Assembly (NCBI GenBank): GCA_934097105.1
Contig: CAKONI010000001.1
Coordinates: 7,204-71,203, forward strand
Origin: an uncultured Bacilli bacterium
Lineage (GTDB): Bacteria; Bacillota_I; Bacilli_A; RF39; UBA660
Reading direction: 5' to 3'
Length of the DNA: 64,000 bases
Below the pieces are notes generated by a model that saw only the letters and a program-made list of their open reading frames with translations, made no database searches and was not told where the DNA came from. The position numbers and the translations under genes were made by a program. Within the stretch, counting starts at the first letter, position 1; each line of letters starts with the position of its first letter. Positions 9,798 to 20,182 of the stretch are shown here, piece after piece.

Positions 9798-12623
9798 TTA
9801 ATTTGTTTTTTCTTCTTTTAATATTTTATTTAAATACATTCCTGTGTAACTTTCTTTTACTTTTGCTACTTCTTCTGGGGTGCCTGTTGCTATGATGTTT
9901 CCACCTTTTTCTCCGCCTTCTGGGCCTAGGTCTATAATATAGTCTGCTGTTTTTATCATGTCTAGGTTGTGTTCTATTACTATGACACTGTCTTTATTAT
10001 CTACTATTCTATTTATAATTGCAAGTAGTTTTTTTATGTCGTGGGAGTGAAGTCCTGTTGTTGGTTCGTCCATAACGAATAGAGTTTTTCCTGTTGGTTT
10101 TTTTTGTAGTTCTTTTGCTAGTTTTATTCGTGATGCTTCGCCACCTGATAGTGTGGTTGCGGATTGTCCTAGTTTTATGTAGCCTAGTCCTACTTCTTCT
10201 AGGACTGTTAGTTTTCTTTTTATTTTTGGTATGTTTTCGAAGAATTTTAGGGCTTCGGATACTCTTAGTTCTAGTACTTCGTAGATGTTTTTATTTTTGA
10301 ATTTTATTTTTAGGCTTTCTGTATTGTATCTTGCGCCGTGACATATTTCACATGGGACATATACATCTGGTAGGAAGTGCATTTCTATTTTTTTTACTCC
10401 GTCTCCTCGGCAGGCTTCGCATCTTCCTCCTTTTACGTTGAATGAGAATCTACTTTTGTCATATCCTAGCATTTTGGCTTCTTTTGTTGAGGCGAAGACT
10501 TCTCTTATGTCGTCGAATACTCCGGTATAGGTTGCTGGATTTGATCTTGGTGTTCTTCCTATTGGGTTTTGTGATATGTGTACTATTTTGTCTACGTTTT
10601 CTAGTCCTTTTATTTGTTTGTAGGCTCCTGGTTTTTCTTTTGAGCCATATATATTATTGTAAAGTATTCTTGTTAGTATTTGATTTACTAAGGTACTTTT
10701 TCCACTTCCTGATACTCCGGTTACGCAGGTGAATGTTCCTAGCGGGAACTTTACATTTATGTTTTTTAGGTTATTTTCTTTGGCACCTTTGAGTTCTAGG
10801 AATTTTTTTGTTCCTTTTCTTCGTTTTTTTGGTGTTTCAATACGTTCTTTGCCACTTAAATATCTACCTGTAAGACTATTTTCGTCATTTGCAACTTCTT
10901 CTGGGGTTCCACTTGACACTATTTTTCCTCCGTTTTCGCCTGCTAGGGGACCGATGTCTACTAAATAATCACATTTTTTCATTGTGTCGATGTCGTGTTC
11001 TACTACTATTAGGGTGTTTCCTAAATCACGCATTTCCATCATTGTGTTTATTAATCTGTCGTTGTCTCTTTGATGAAGTCCAATGCTTGGTTCGTCTAGT
11101 ACGTATAGGACTCCGGTTAGTCTTGTTCCTACTTGAGTTGCTAGTCTTATTCTTTGGGCTTCGCCTCCTGATAAGGTTCCGGCGTTTCTACTTAGTGTTA
11201 GATAGTCTAGTCCTACGTTTATTAGAAATTTTAATCTATTTTTTATTTCTTCTACTAGGAGTTCTGATATCTTTTTTTGTTCTTCTGATAGTTTTAGTTC
11301 TGACATGAATTTGTATAGTTTTTTTACACTCAAGTTTGTTGCTTCGTAGATGTTTTTATCGTTTATTAAAACTGATAGTACTTCTTTTTTTAATCTTGCT
11401 CCTTTACAACTTGGGCATTTTAGTTCTACCATATAGTTTTCTAGCCAGTCTCTTACCCATGTGCTTGATGTTTCCATGTATCTTCTTTCTAGGTTGGTAA
11501 TTATTCCTTCGAATATACCTATATTATCTGATAAATGGCCGTTTTTACTTCTGTAGTGGAAGTGAATTGGTTCGTTTGTTCCGTATAGAATCATGTCTAG
11601 TTCTTGTTTTGTGAAGTCTTTTATTTTTTTATTTATATCTATGCCGTAGTGGTCGCAGAAGTTTTGTAGTTTTAGAAAGTTTATGTTTTCTATGTCGTCT
11701 CCGAATGGGACAATTCCTCCTTCTGGGATTGTTTTATTTTTATCTGGTATTACTAGGTCTTTGTCCATTACTAGTTTGACTCCTAGTCCTTTACAGTCTG
11801 GGCAGGCCCCATATGGGGCGTTGAAACTGAAGGTACGTGGTTCTAATTCAGGTAAGGAAAAATTGCAATGAGGACAGGCGAAATTTTCGGAAAATACTAG
11901 TTTTTCTTTGCTTGGAATTTTTATGTGTACTTTGCCATGTGATAGTTTGCAGGCTGTTTCTATTGATTCGTATAGTCTTGATCTTATATTTTCTTTTATT
12001 ATTAGTCTATCTATGACTACTTCGATGTTATGTTTTTTGTTTTTTTCTAGTTCTATGTCCTCGCTTAAATCATATTCTTTTTCGTCTATGTTTACTCTTA
12101 TAAATCCATTTTTTCTTAAATCTTCTAGGAGGTCTTTGTGGGTTCCTTTTTTACCTTCGATTACTGGGGATTCTATTATTATTTTGGTTTTTTCTTCTAG
12201 TTCTAGTATTTTGTTTGTCATTTCTTCGATGCTTTGATTTTTTATAGGAATATGGTGTTTTTCACAGTAAGGGATTCCGATTTTTGAGTATAGTAGTCTT
12301 AGGTGATCATATATTTCTGTTACGGTTCCGACAGTTGATCTTGGGTTTTTGTTGGTGGTTTTTTGATCTATTGATATTGCTGGAGATAGTCCTTCGATTG
12401 AGTCTACTTCTGGTTTTTTTTCTCCACCTAGAAATTGTCTTGCGTAGGCTGATAGGCTTTCTAGGTATCTTCTTTCTCCTTCTTTGTATATTGTATCGAA
12501 TGCAAGGGATGATTTACCGCTTCCTGATACTCCGGTCATTACTATGAATTTGTTTTTTGGGAGTGTTAATGAAACGTTTTTTAAATTGTTTTCTTTGGCT
12601 CCTTTTATTACTATATTTTCCAT
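9798..12623 (-). CDS. uvrA: Excinuclease ABC subunit A
   Basis: 941 aa with two ABC ATPase modules (GVSGSGKSSL and GVSGSGKSTL Walker A; LSGGE signatures) and zinc-finger Cys clusters. Confidence 0.95.
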   Translation of the reverse strand: MENIVIKGAKENNLKNVSLTLPKNKFIVMTGVSGSGKSSLAFDTIYKEGERRYLESLSAYARQFLGGEKKPEVDSIEGLSPAISIDQKTTNKNPRSTVGTVTEIYDHLRLLYSKIGIPYCEKHHIPIKNQSIEEMTNKILELEEKTKIIIESPVIEGKKGTHKDLLEDLRKNGFIRVNIDEKEYDLSEDIELEKNKKHNIEVVIDRLIIKENIRSRLYESIETACKLSHGKVHIKIPSKEKLVFSENFACPHCNFSLPELEPRTFSFNAPYGACPDCKGLGVKLVMDKDLVIPDKNKTIPEGGIVPFGDDIENINFLKLQNFCDHYGIDINKKIKDFTKQELDMILYGTNEPIHFHYRSKNGHLSDNIGIFEGIITNLERRYMETSSTWVRDWLENYMVELKCPSCKGARLKKEVLSVLINDKNIYEATNLSVKKLYKFMSELKLSEEQKKISELLVEEIKNRLKFLINVGLDYLTLSRNAGTLSGGEAQRIRLATQVGTRLTGVLYVLDEPSIGLHQRDNDRLINTMMEMRDLGNTLIVVEHDIDTMKKCDYLVDIGPLAGENGGKIVSSGTPEEVANDENSLTGRYLSGKERIETPKKRRKGTKKFLELKGAKENNLKNINVKFPLGTFTCVTGVSGSGKSTLVNQILTRILYNNIYGSKEKPGAYKQIKGLENVDKIVHISQNPIGRTPRSNPATYTGVFDDIREVFASTKEAKMLGYDKSRFSFNVKGGRCEACRGDGVKKIEMHFLPDVYVPCEICHGARYNTESLKIKFKNKNIYEVLELRVSEALKFFENIPKIKRKLTVLEEVGLGYIKLGQSATTLSGGEASRIKLAKELQKKPTGKTLFVMDEPTTGLHSHDIKKLLAIINRIVDNKDSVIVIEHNLDMIKTADYIIDLGPEGGEKGGNIIATGTPEEVAKVKESYTGMYLNKILKEEKTN

Positions 12624-12655
12624 GTTATTACCTCTTTCTTTTGAGACATATTATA

Positions 12656-13516
12656 TCATATTTTTTTAGTTTTTCCTATTACTTCTTTGTATTCTATTTT
12701 TGTTTCTAGTCCTTTTTTTGAGTTTTTTTCTATGTCTTCATCTATTAGTATTGCATTATTTTGAAATAATAATATAATTGTTGATCCACCGAAGGAAAAA
12801 TATCCTTTTTCTTCATACTTTTTTAGTGTTTTTTTGTTTGTATTGTGGATTTTTCCAATGTTTAAGGCTCCGACTTCTATTTGATAAATTTCTTGGAAGT
12901 TTTCTGTTTTTATGAGTGATACTTCTCTTTGATTTTCTGTGAATACTTTGTGTGTTTCGTAGCTTATTGGGTTTACTGTGTGGAGCAGACCTTTTATCTT
13001 TTTGGTTTTTTTTATTTCTTGATTATCAAAGGCGTGGTATCTGTGATAATCGTCGGGGCTTAGTCTAAATACTAGGCATTTTCCGTTTTTGAAGTTTTTG
13101 TTTGGTTTTTCCTTAATTAGTGTTTCTATGTTGTAGGTTGAGTTTTTAACATTTATTGTTAAGTTTTCTTTTATTTCGTATACCATTAGTTTGGCATCGC
13201 AAGGAGATATTAACAGGTTTTTGTTGATATCTTTTTCTGGTTTTGGGTTATTAACATTTCTTGTGAAAAAGTCATTAAAGTTTTTGTAGGTTTCTTTTTT
13301 ATATTTTGTCATGTCTATATTGTTTTTTTGTATGAATTTTTTTATGTAGGCTTTTGAGAGTTTGCTATTTATTAGGTGACCAGTTATTTTTGAGAAGACT
13401 GGTTTTGTTATTATTTTTAATATTATTCTTCCGGGAATTGTTTTATATAAAAATATTAAAGATTTTTGGTCTTTAATATTTACAATTTTTTTTGTTTTTC
13501 TTTCTATATATTTCAT
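12656..13516 (-). CDS. psd: Phosphatidylserine decarboxylase proenzyme
   Basis: 286 aa containing LSPDDYHRYH and the FSFGGSTIILLF self-cleavage region typical of Firmicutes Psd. Its start overlaps the pssA stop by 1 nt. Confidence 0.85.
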   Translation of the reverse strand: MKYIERKTKKIVNIKDQKSLIFLYKTIPGRIILKIITKPVFSKITGHLINSKLSKAYIKKFIQKNNIDMTKYKKETYKNFNDFFTRNVNNPKPEKDINKNLLISPCDAKLMVYEIKENLTINVKNSTYNIETLIKEKPNKNFKNGKCLVFRLSPDDYHRYHAFDNQEIKKTKKIKGLLHTVNPISYETHKVFTENQREVSLIKTENFQEIYQIEVGALNIGKIHNTNKKTLKKYEEKGYFSFGGSTIILLFQNNAILIDEDIEKNSKKGLETKIEYKEVIGKTKKI

Positions 13517-14160
13517 TATGACAATAAGTAAAGGACTGCTGAGAGTAGAGCTCCGCAGATTACGAAGAAATATATTATTCCGGAAGTTGGTTTTTTTAAT
13601 TTAAAGTTTAGTACATATAAAAGTGCGATGAATGCCATGGTTAGTGTGTATATTATTTTAAATTCTGGCATTGATACGAAGTGTTTTATAAAGTATATTA
13701 CGGGAAAGATGATGGCGGATGCTGTTACTGGAAGTCCACTGTAGTATTTTACTGGGCCGTCTTTTCCTTTTTCGTCCGCTATTACGTTGAAGTATCCTAG
13801 TCTTATTACGCCTCCTAGGGTGAACAGTGCAAATATTATGATATTATACCAGGCGGTGAATCCTAGTCCGTAAAATATTGTTATTGGTAAAAATACAAAT
13901 GATACCATGTCTGCTAGTGAATCTATTTGGATGCCGAAAGATTTTTCTTCATTTGATCTTTTGCATTTTCGTGCTACTTTTCCATCGAATGCATCACATA
14001 TTCCTGATATTACTAGGCAGATTAAGGCATATGATATTTTGCTATTTAGTGCAAGGAACATTCCTATTGTGGCACTTATTACTCCTAAATAGGTGATAAA
14101 TACAGATTTTGTGTAATAGCCTATTAACATTTTTTGTGGTTTTTCTTGTTTTTTGAACAT
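13516..14160 (-). CDS. pssA: CDP-diacylglycerol--serine O-phosphatidyltransferase
   Basis: Carries the CDP-alcohol phosphatidyltransferase motif DAFDGKVARKCKRSNEEKSFGIQIDSLADMVSF in a multi-TM protein. The start was moved to the ATG at 14160 (MFKKQ...), which has AAGGAGG 6 nt upstream and removes the overlap with the upstream gene. Confidence 0.8.
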   Translation of the reverse strand: MFKKQEKPQKMLIGYYTKSVFITYLGVISATIGMFLALNSKISYALICLVISGICDAFDGKVARKCKRSNEEKSFGIQIDSLADMVSFVFLPITIFYGLGFTAWYNIIIFALFTLGGVIRLGYFNVIADEKGKDGPVKYYSGLPVTASAIIFPVIYFIKHFVSMPEFKIIYTLTMAFIALLYVLNFKLKKPTSGIIYFFVICGALLSAVLYLLS

Positions 14161-14170
14161 TTTTTCCTCC

Positions 14171-14749
14171 TTAGATGATGTTACTGTTTTCGTCGAATTT
14201 AACATCTAAATATTTTTTGCTTGATAGATAGTCGCACATGTGTACGAAGAATTCATATTTATTTTTTGGTTTTGAAAGTATTACGTCTGAGTACTCACTT
14301 TTGTTCCATTGTCCCATGTGTGATGCAATTGTGGACGCTAATAGTTCTATTTCTTTGTCTGTGAATGTTGTTTTTTCTTTGTTTTCTCTTATGAAATTTG
14401 CTGCGAGTAGTGGATGATCGAATCTTGTATATCTTTCTTTTATTTTTCCTAGTTTGTGGCTATCGTGGAATAATAGTGCTATTAGTATTAAGTCTTTTTC
14501 GTCTTTGGTAAAACCATTATTCATATATTCTACATCTAGTATATCTTTTGCTATTCTTATAGCGACTTTTGTATGTCTTACTAGTCCTTTTTCGCCTTGA
14601 GCAAATGCAGGGTGATATTTTCCAGTTGATGCTGCGGGTACTTCGAAGAAGTAGTTTGGGACTAGTTCTAGTAGTTTTTTTGTATTTTCTTTATATTTTT
14701 CATTTTTTATATAATCTAGTTCTATTTCAAATATTTTTTCTCTGTTCAT
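14171..14749 (-). CDS. HD-domain phosphohydrolase family protein
   Basis: 192 aa with the H..HD motif (LLFHDSHK) and a downstream His. It is co-oriented with and adjacent to pssA. Confidence 0.65.
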   Translation of the reverse strand: MNREKIFEIELDYIKNEKYKENTKKLLELVPNYFFEVPAASTGKYHPAFAQGEKGLVRHTKVAIRIAKDILDVEYMNNGFTKDEKDLILIALLFHDSHKLGKIKERYTRFDHPLLAANFIRENKEKTTFTDKEIELLASTIASHMGQWNKSEYSDVILSKPKNKYEFFVHMCDYLSSKKYLDVKFDENSNII

Positions 14750-14862
14750 ACTACACCTCTTTTTTTATTTTAACATAAAATAAAGTTGTTGGCTACATTT
14801 TATCATTTTCTTATTACTTTAAGAAGTAAATGCAATTTATATTTTAAATATTTGAGTTTGTT

Positions 14863-15618
14863 TTACTTTATTTTGTTTATTAGTTCTTCTAATTTATCAT
14901 TTGTTTTTAATCTATAGTGTCCGGTTACTTTCATTTCTGTTTTTTCTAGTCTGTCTTCTTCTTTTTGTTTTTGGGTTTCATCTCTATTTTGAATTAAGTA
15001 AGGTACACCATTTTTGTTGTATTTATCTGATACCATGGCGATGTGGGCTGAGTTGTCAAATGTTAGGATGTCTCCGGGCATGAAGTTTTTTGTGTCGTAG
15101 ATATCTGTTGTTAGAGATTCTGTATATTTTTTAAAGAATATTTCTTGATTTTCTACTCTTCTAAAGTCTATATTATCGTCTTGAATTTCTATATTATAGT
15201 CTTTGCTGTTGTCTTTTATATCTTGTGATATCATGCTTTTTAAATCATAACCGGCTTCTTTTAGTGCATACCATATTAAATCTGTACATACTCCTTCTTT
15301 TTCTACTGGTGGATATCCATTTGCATAGTAATTACTTTTGTATGTTGGGTTTAATTTTGCATATTTTTTTTCACCGATTAGGATGTCTTGGTAGTCTTCT
15401 ATGCCATTGTTGTTGTAGTCTTTGCTACTTTTTTCTTTTATATATCCAAAGTCTGATAGGTTGTAGTAGTCTTTTTTGGTTTCTACTTGTTTTAGAGTTT
15501 TGTTTGATGTTAAGTAATAGTTTATGGCTACTGATAGTACAAGTAAAAAGATTATTGATACAAATAGTATGGTTACTTTTTTTATTTTTGGCTTTAGTTT
15601 TCTTTTTTTTCTTTTCAT
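14863..15618 (-). CDS. Membrane-anchored protein, possibly DUF1287-like
   Basis: Lys-rich N-terminus plus one TM segment, then a domain with GVCTDLIWYALKEAGYDL. I recognise this by eye as resembling the DUF1287 motif, without certainty. Confidence 0.35.
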   Translation of the reverse strand: MKRKKRKLKPKIKKVTILFVSIIFLLVLSVAINYYLTSNKTLKQVETKKDYYNLSDFGYIKEKSSKDYNNNGIEDYQDILIGEKKYAKLNPTYKSNYYANGYPPVEKEGVCTDLIWYALKEAGYDLKSMISQDIKDNSKDYNIEIQDDNIDFRRVENQEIFFKKYTESLTTDIYDTKNFMPGDILTFDNSAHIAMVSDKYNKNGVPYLIQNRDETQKQKEEDRLEKTEMKVTGHYRLKTNDKLEELINKIK

Positions 15619-15626
15619 AGGCCTCC

Positions 15627-17579
15627 CTACTTTGTTTTTATTTCGAACAGTATATCTCTTAGTTCCATTGCTCTTTCGAAATCTAGTTCTTTGGCTGCTT
15701 TTTTCATTTCTTCTTCTATGTTTTCTATACTTTTCATATCTATTATATCATTTTTCTTTGTTTTTTCTAATTTTTTTAGTTCTTTTTCATCATTATTTGA
15801 AATGACTTCTCTTATTTCTTTTGTTATTGTTTTTGGAGTGATGTTGTGTTTTTTGTTATATTCTTCTTGAATTTTTCTTCTTCTTTGGGTTTCTTCGATA
15901 GCTTTTTGCATGCTTTCTGTTATGCGATCTGCGTACATTATTACGTGTCCGTCTTTGTTTCTTGCACATCTTCCTATTGTTTGGATTAGACTTCTTTCGC
16001 TTCTTAGGAAGCCTTCTTTGTCGGCGTCTAGTATGGCGATTAGGCTAACTTCTGGTATGTCTAGGCCTTCTCTTAAGAGGTTTATTCCTACGATGCAGTC
16101 GTATTTTCCTAGTCTTAGTTCTCTTATTATTTTTAGTCTTTCTAGGGTTGTTATTTCTGAGTGAAGATATGCTACTTTTATATCTAGTTCTTTTAAGTAT
16201 TTTGTTAATTCTTCGCTCATTCTTATTGTGAGTGTTGTTATTAGGACGCGTTCGTTTTTCTTCGAGCGTTTTCTTATTTCTTCGATTAGATTATCTATTT
16301 GTCCTTCGGTTTTTCGTATTTCTATTGTTGGATCTAATAGGCCTGTTGGTCTTATGATTTGTTCTACTTTATTTTGGCAAAGTGATAGTTCATAGTCTCC
16401 AGGGGTTGCTGATACATAGATTATTTTGTCTGTTTTTTCTTCGAATTCTTCGAATTTTAGAGGTCTATTATCTAAGGCACTTGGAAGTCGGAAACCGTAG
16501 TCTACTAGGGTTGTTTTACGGGCTCTGTCTCCATTATACATGGCTCTTACTTGGGGCAGGGTTACGTGGGATTCATCTATTACTAAAAGGTAGTCATCTC
16601 CAAAGAAGTCCATTAGTGTGTTTGGGGTTTCTCCTTCTTTTCTTCCTGATAAGTGTCTTGAGTAGTTTTCTACGCCACTGCAAAAGCCTGTTTCTGTTAG
16701 CATTTCTATGTCATAGTTTGTTCTTTGTTCTAGTCTTTGGGCTTCGAGTAGTTTGTTTTCATTTTTTAATTCTTCTAGACGAATTTCTAGTTCTTCTTTT
16801 ATGGATTTTATGGCTTTTTTCATTTTTTCTTCGCTTGTTACGAAGTGACTTGCTGGGAATATTGTTACGGTTTTTATTATGTTTTTTACTTTTCCTGTTA
16901 AACTATCTATTTCTGAAATTTTATCTATTTCGTCTCCGAAAAATTCTACTCTTATTCCATTTCTTTTTTCTGAGTTTGGTATTATTTCTAATATGTCTCC
17001 GCGGACTCTGAATGTTCCACGTTTGAAGTCGTGATCGTTTCTTTCGTATAACATGTCTATTAGTTTTTTCATTACTTTGTCTCTTTCGAGTTCGAATCCT
17101 GTAGTTAGTGTTAGGGTGTTATTTTTATATTCTTCTACTTCTCCGATTCCATAGATGCAGGAAACTGAGGCAACGACGATTACATCTTCTCTTGATAGAA
17201 GAGCGGAAGTTGCCCCGTGTCTTAACTGGTCTATTTCGTCATTTATTGAGGAGTCTTTTTCTATGTAGGTATCTGTTCCGGGAATGTAGGCTTCTGGTTG
17301 GTAGTAGTCATAGTATGAGACGAAGTATTCTACTCTATTTTCTGGAAATAGTTCTTTTAGTTCGGCATAGAGTTGTCCGGCTAATGTTTTATTGTGGGCT
17401 AAAACTAGGGTTTTTTTATTTGTTTCTTTTATTACATTTGCTATTGTAAATGTTTTACCTGTTCCAGTGGCTCCTAAAAGGACTTGGTGTTTTTTGTTTT
17501 CTTCTACGCCTTTTACTAGTTCTTTTATGGCATTTGGTTGGTCTCCACTTGGTTTATATTTTGATACTATTTTGAACAT
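15627..17579 (-). CDS. uvrB: Excinuclease ABC subunit B
   Basis: 650 aa beginning [36 protein letters not shown], with helicase motifs and the C-terminal UvrC-interaction coiled-coil [21 protein letters not shown]. Confidence 0.95.
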   Translation of the reverse strand: MFKIVSKYKPSGDQPNAIKELVKGVEENKKHQVLLGATGTGKTFTIANVIKETNKKTLVLAHNKTLAGQLYAELKELFPENRVEYFVSYYDYYQPEAYIPGTDTYIEKDSSINDEIDQLRHGATSALLSREDVIVVASVSCIYGIGEVEEYKNNTLTLTTGFELERDKVMKKLIDMLYERNDHDFKRGTFRVRGDILEIIPNSEKRNGIRVEFFGDEIDKISEIDSLTGKVKNIIKTVTIFPASHFVTSEEKMKKAIKSIKEELEIRLEELKNENKLLEAQRLEQRTNYDIEMLTETGFCSGVENYSRHLSGRKEGETPNTLMDFFGDDYLLVIDESHVTLPQVRAMYNGDRARKTTLVDYGFRLPSALDNRPLKFEEFEEKTDKIIYVSATPGDYELSLCQNKVEQIIRPTGLLDPTIEIRKTEGQIDNLIEEIRKRSKKNERVLITTLTIRMSEELTKYLKELDIKVAYLHSEITTLERLKIIRELRLGKYDCIVGINLLREGLDIPEVSLIAILDADKEGFLRSERSLIQTIGRCARNKDGHVIMYADRITESMQKAIEETQRRRKIQEEYNKKHNITPKTITKEIREVISNNDEKELKKLEKTKKNDIIDMKSIENIEEEMKKAAKELDFERAMELRDILFEIKTK

Positions 17580-17674
17580 AGAAAATCTCCTTTCTTTTTT
17601 TTGCTTTAAATATTTTTCATCATTATTTTAACACTTATTTTAGAAGAAAACAAGTAAGTTTGTTTGCTATTATT

Positions 17675-18292
17675 TTATCTTTTTCGCACTTTATTTTTTT
17701 CTTTGATATATAGGTATTCTTCGATGTGATATTGATGGTTTATATCATGAATGTCTTCAATTTCTTGAAGTTTGTTGTACATTTTCATGAAGACTATGTT
17801 AAATGGTTTGTAGTAACTTCCTGAGTTTCTAAATCTTATTTGTATTTCTTTGTGAGGGTGATTATCTTCTTTGTGATCTTTGATAGGATTTTGGGATAAA
17901 AATTCTAGCTTGAAACTATTTTCTAGTTTTTTTATTTTAAGGATGCTTGCTATTTTGTGCAAATCTTCATCGGAGTACCAGGTGATTGTTTTTTGCTCTT
18001 TATTGAATAGTTCATTATAATTTGAAAGGTTATATTTGTGATATTTTTCTGGGCCTTCGGAAGTGTGTGTTTTACTTATATTAGCATTTTTAATGTCTTT
18101 ATAAAGTTTGTTAAATAGGTTATATAACTCATAGTTTTCTTTGGTTATAAAAAAATAATTAGATTCTGGTGAGGAATTATTTGATTTGTTTTCAAATTCC
18201 CAATATAAATCGTCGTTTCCTCTTAAGAGGATTGTTAATGTTTTTTCTTTGTCTATGAGGATTATTTCATTTTCTTTTTTTATAATTTTCAT
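17675..18292 (-). CDS. Hypothetical 205-aa protein
   Basis: Clean ORF divergent from the amidoligase-like gene. No family recognised. Confidence 0.45.
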   Translation of the reverse strand: MKIIKKENEIILIDKEKTLTILLRGNDDLYWEFENKSNNSSPESNYFFITKENYELYNLFNKLYKDIKNANISKTHTSEGPEKYHKYNLSNYNELFNKEQKTITWYSDEDLHKIASILKIKKLENSFKLEFLSQNPIKDHKEDNHPHKEIQIRFRNSGSYYKPFNIVFMKMYNKLQEIEDIHDINHQYHIEEYLYIKEKNKVRKR

Positions 18293-18427
18293 GTGCTTTT
18301 CTCCTTTATTTGGTTTTATTTATATTATAGCAGATATTTTTATTTTTGGATGATTTACTGTATTTTTTCAAATTGACAAAGTAATATTGCTATGTTATAT
18401 TAAATATCAATTTAATGGTGATATATA

Positions 18428-20134
18428 ATGGATTTTGAAAGAGATGATTCTTTTTATGATATTGATTTAACTAATTGTCATACTAGAGAGGAAAGAATTA
18501 AGAAAATTATTGAAAATAAAATGCTTGATTATTTGTTTTCTTTTTTAAATGATGATGAAAAGGATGAATATTATATTTTTTTGAGTTATAATCGTTTGTA
18601 TAATTATTTATCTAGTAAGACGGAGGACTTTGTTTTTAAGCATTTGACTAATCATTTTGATAGACTTAGTGAATATGATATTGTTAAATTATTAGATTTT
18701 ATTGATAATGATAAACTAAAGTTTAAAATTATAGAAAGGCTTATTGAAAATGATTACATGTTTTTTATAGAGATTGCTTCTAAGAAGATTGATAGTGATC
18801 TTTATAAAATTAAAGTAATTGAGTTGTTAATAAAAAAAGAGGTTTTTAGTTTGACGTATGCTCCCATTGTGGGATCTTTAGGGAGTGATGAGAATAAAAA
18901 ATTGTTTTTTCCTTTTCTTTCTTTATATGAAAGAGTTAATTTAATTAAAGATTTTTCTGATAAGTCTTTAATTAAAGAGTTTGCTTTGAATGAAGAGTAT
19001 TTTGATTTTCAGTCTGATTTAGTTATTGCTACTTTTGATAAGGATTTTATTAGGGAAATGTTTTTAAATGTAAAGGTTCCTGTTTTTAGGAATAATGTTA
19101 TTAATAAGATTGATGATTTGGTGTTTAAACTTGAATTAATAAATTTACTGGATGATAAGAATGTAAAGAATTTCTTTTTATCTAATTTTAGTGATTTTTC
19201 AAAGGATTTTTTAGTTGAGGTTGATGATGAAGATTTTAATGAGGATAGGGTTGATAGGAATATTACTATAGGTGTGGAACTGGAGTGCGCTAATGAGGGG
19301 ATTATGAATTTTGAGGAAATTAATAGTATTTTTGAGGATTTTATGATTACTGGTGATATTAGTGTTAAAAATGGTTTTGAAATTGTTTCTCCGATTCTTC
19401 ATTATACGAGGGAGGATATGGGAAAATTAAAGTCTGTTTGTGAGTTTTTAAAAAAATGTGATTTTTATACAAATAGTTCTTGTGGTGGACATATACATAT
19501 TGGTGCGGATTATATAAAAAATAGGAATGAGTTGTATATGCTTTTGTATTTATATAATAACTGTGAAAATATAATATATTTGATTTGTAATAGAGAGCAT
19601 TCTAGGTCTAGGAGGAATATTAATAAGTATGCTAAAACTACTAAGAAGGCTTATTTGGAGGCTTGTGGGAGTAATTTGTTAAATGGAAATTTAACGAATG
19701 AGGAAACTGTCAGAAAAATAGTTGGTATTAATACTTCGCGTAATATGGGGCTTAATCTTATAAATATAAATAATAATTTTAAGCATACGATTGAGTTTAG
19801 GATGCCTAATGGGGAGATTGATTTTGAGGAGTTATTATGTAATATTAGGTTATTTGCAATGCTTGTTCAAAGATCATATGAACTTGCTAATGATATGCTT
19901 TCAAGTGAAAAAAAGGATTTGGTAGAGAAATTAAGTCATCAAATGCCTGAGAGTAAAAGACTGGAGATATTTTTAAATATTTTGTTTGATAGTGAAGAGG
20001 AGAGGGATATTTATTATAAGAGATATCATTCGAATATTTCGTTTATAAAGTCTATGTCTAATAAGTTGTTTTATGGTAATGGGGAGTTTTTACAAATAAA
20101 TGATGATAGTAAGAGATTGTCTTTAAAGAAGTGA
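18428..20134 (+). CDS. Protein with C-terminal amidoligase-like (glutamine-synthetase/GCS2-fold, Amidoligase_2-type) domain and ~270-aa N-terminal extension
   Basis: Residues ~280-480 carry an ordered motif series: GVELECAN, then GFEIVSPIL, then SCGGHIHIGADY, then TIEFRMPNGEID. This series is characteristic of carboxylate-amine ligases of the GS/GCS2/Amidoligase_2 family. The N-terminal half is acidic and Phe/Leu-rich with a repetitive feel. Confidence 0.55.
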   Translation: MDFERDDSFYDIDLTNCHTREERIKKIIENKMLDYLFSFLNDDEKDEYYIFLSYNRLYNYLSSKTEDFVFKHLTNHFDRLSEYDIVKLLDFIDNDKLKFKIIERLIENDYMFFIEIASKKIDSDLYKIKVIELLIKKEVFSLTYAPIVGSLGSDENKKLFFPFLSLYERVNLIKDFSDKSLIKEFALNEEYFDFQSDLVIATFDKDFIREMFLNVKVPVFRNNVINKIDDLVFKLELINLLDDKNVKNFFLSNFSDFSKDFLVEVDDEDFNEDRVDRNITIGVELECANEGIMNFEEINSIFEDFMITGDISVKNGFEIVSPILHYTREDMGKLKSVCEFLKKCDFYTNSSCGGHIHIGADYIKNRNELYMLLYLYNNCENIIYLICNREHSRSRRNINKYAKTTKKAYLEACGSNLLNGNLTNEETVRKIVGINTSRNMGLNLININNNFKHTIEFRMPNGEIDFEELLCNIRLFAMLVQRSYELANDMLSSEKKDLVEKLSHQMPESKRLEIFLNILFDSEEERDIYYKRYHSNISFIKSMSNKLFYGNGEFLQINDDSKRLSLKK

Positions 20135-20155
20135 TTTTGTTTAATAGAAAAAAAG

Positions 20156-20182
20156 AGTTATTAACAGGTTTTGTTAATAACT
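20156..20182. terminator. Bidirectional hairpin terminator (palindrome copy A)
   Basis: The arm AGTTATTAACA (20156-20166) pairs perfectly with TGTTAATAACT (20172-20182) around a GGTTT loop. An A-run precedes it and a T-rich tract follows. It sits between convergent genes. Confidence 0.5.
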
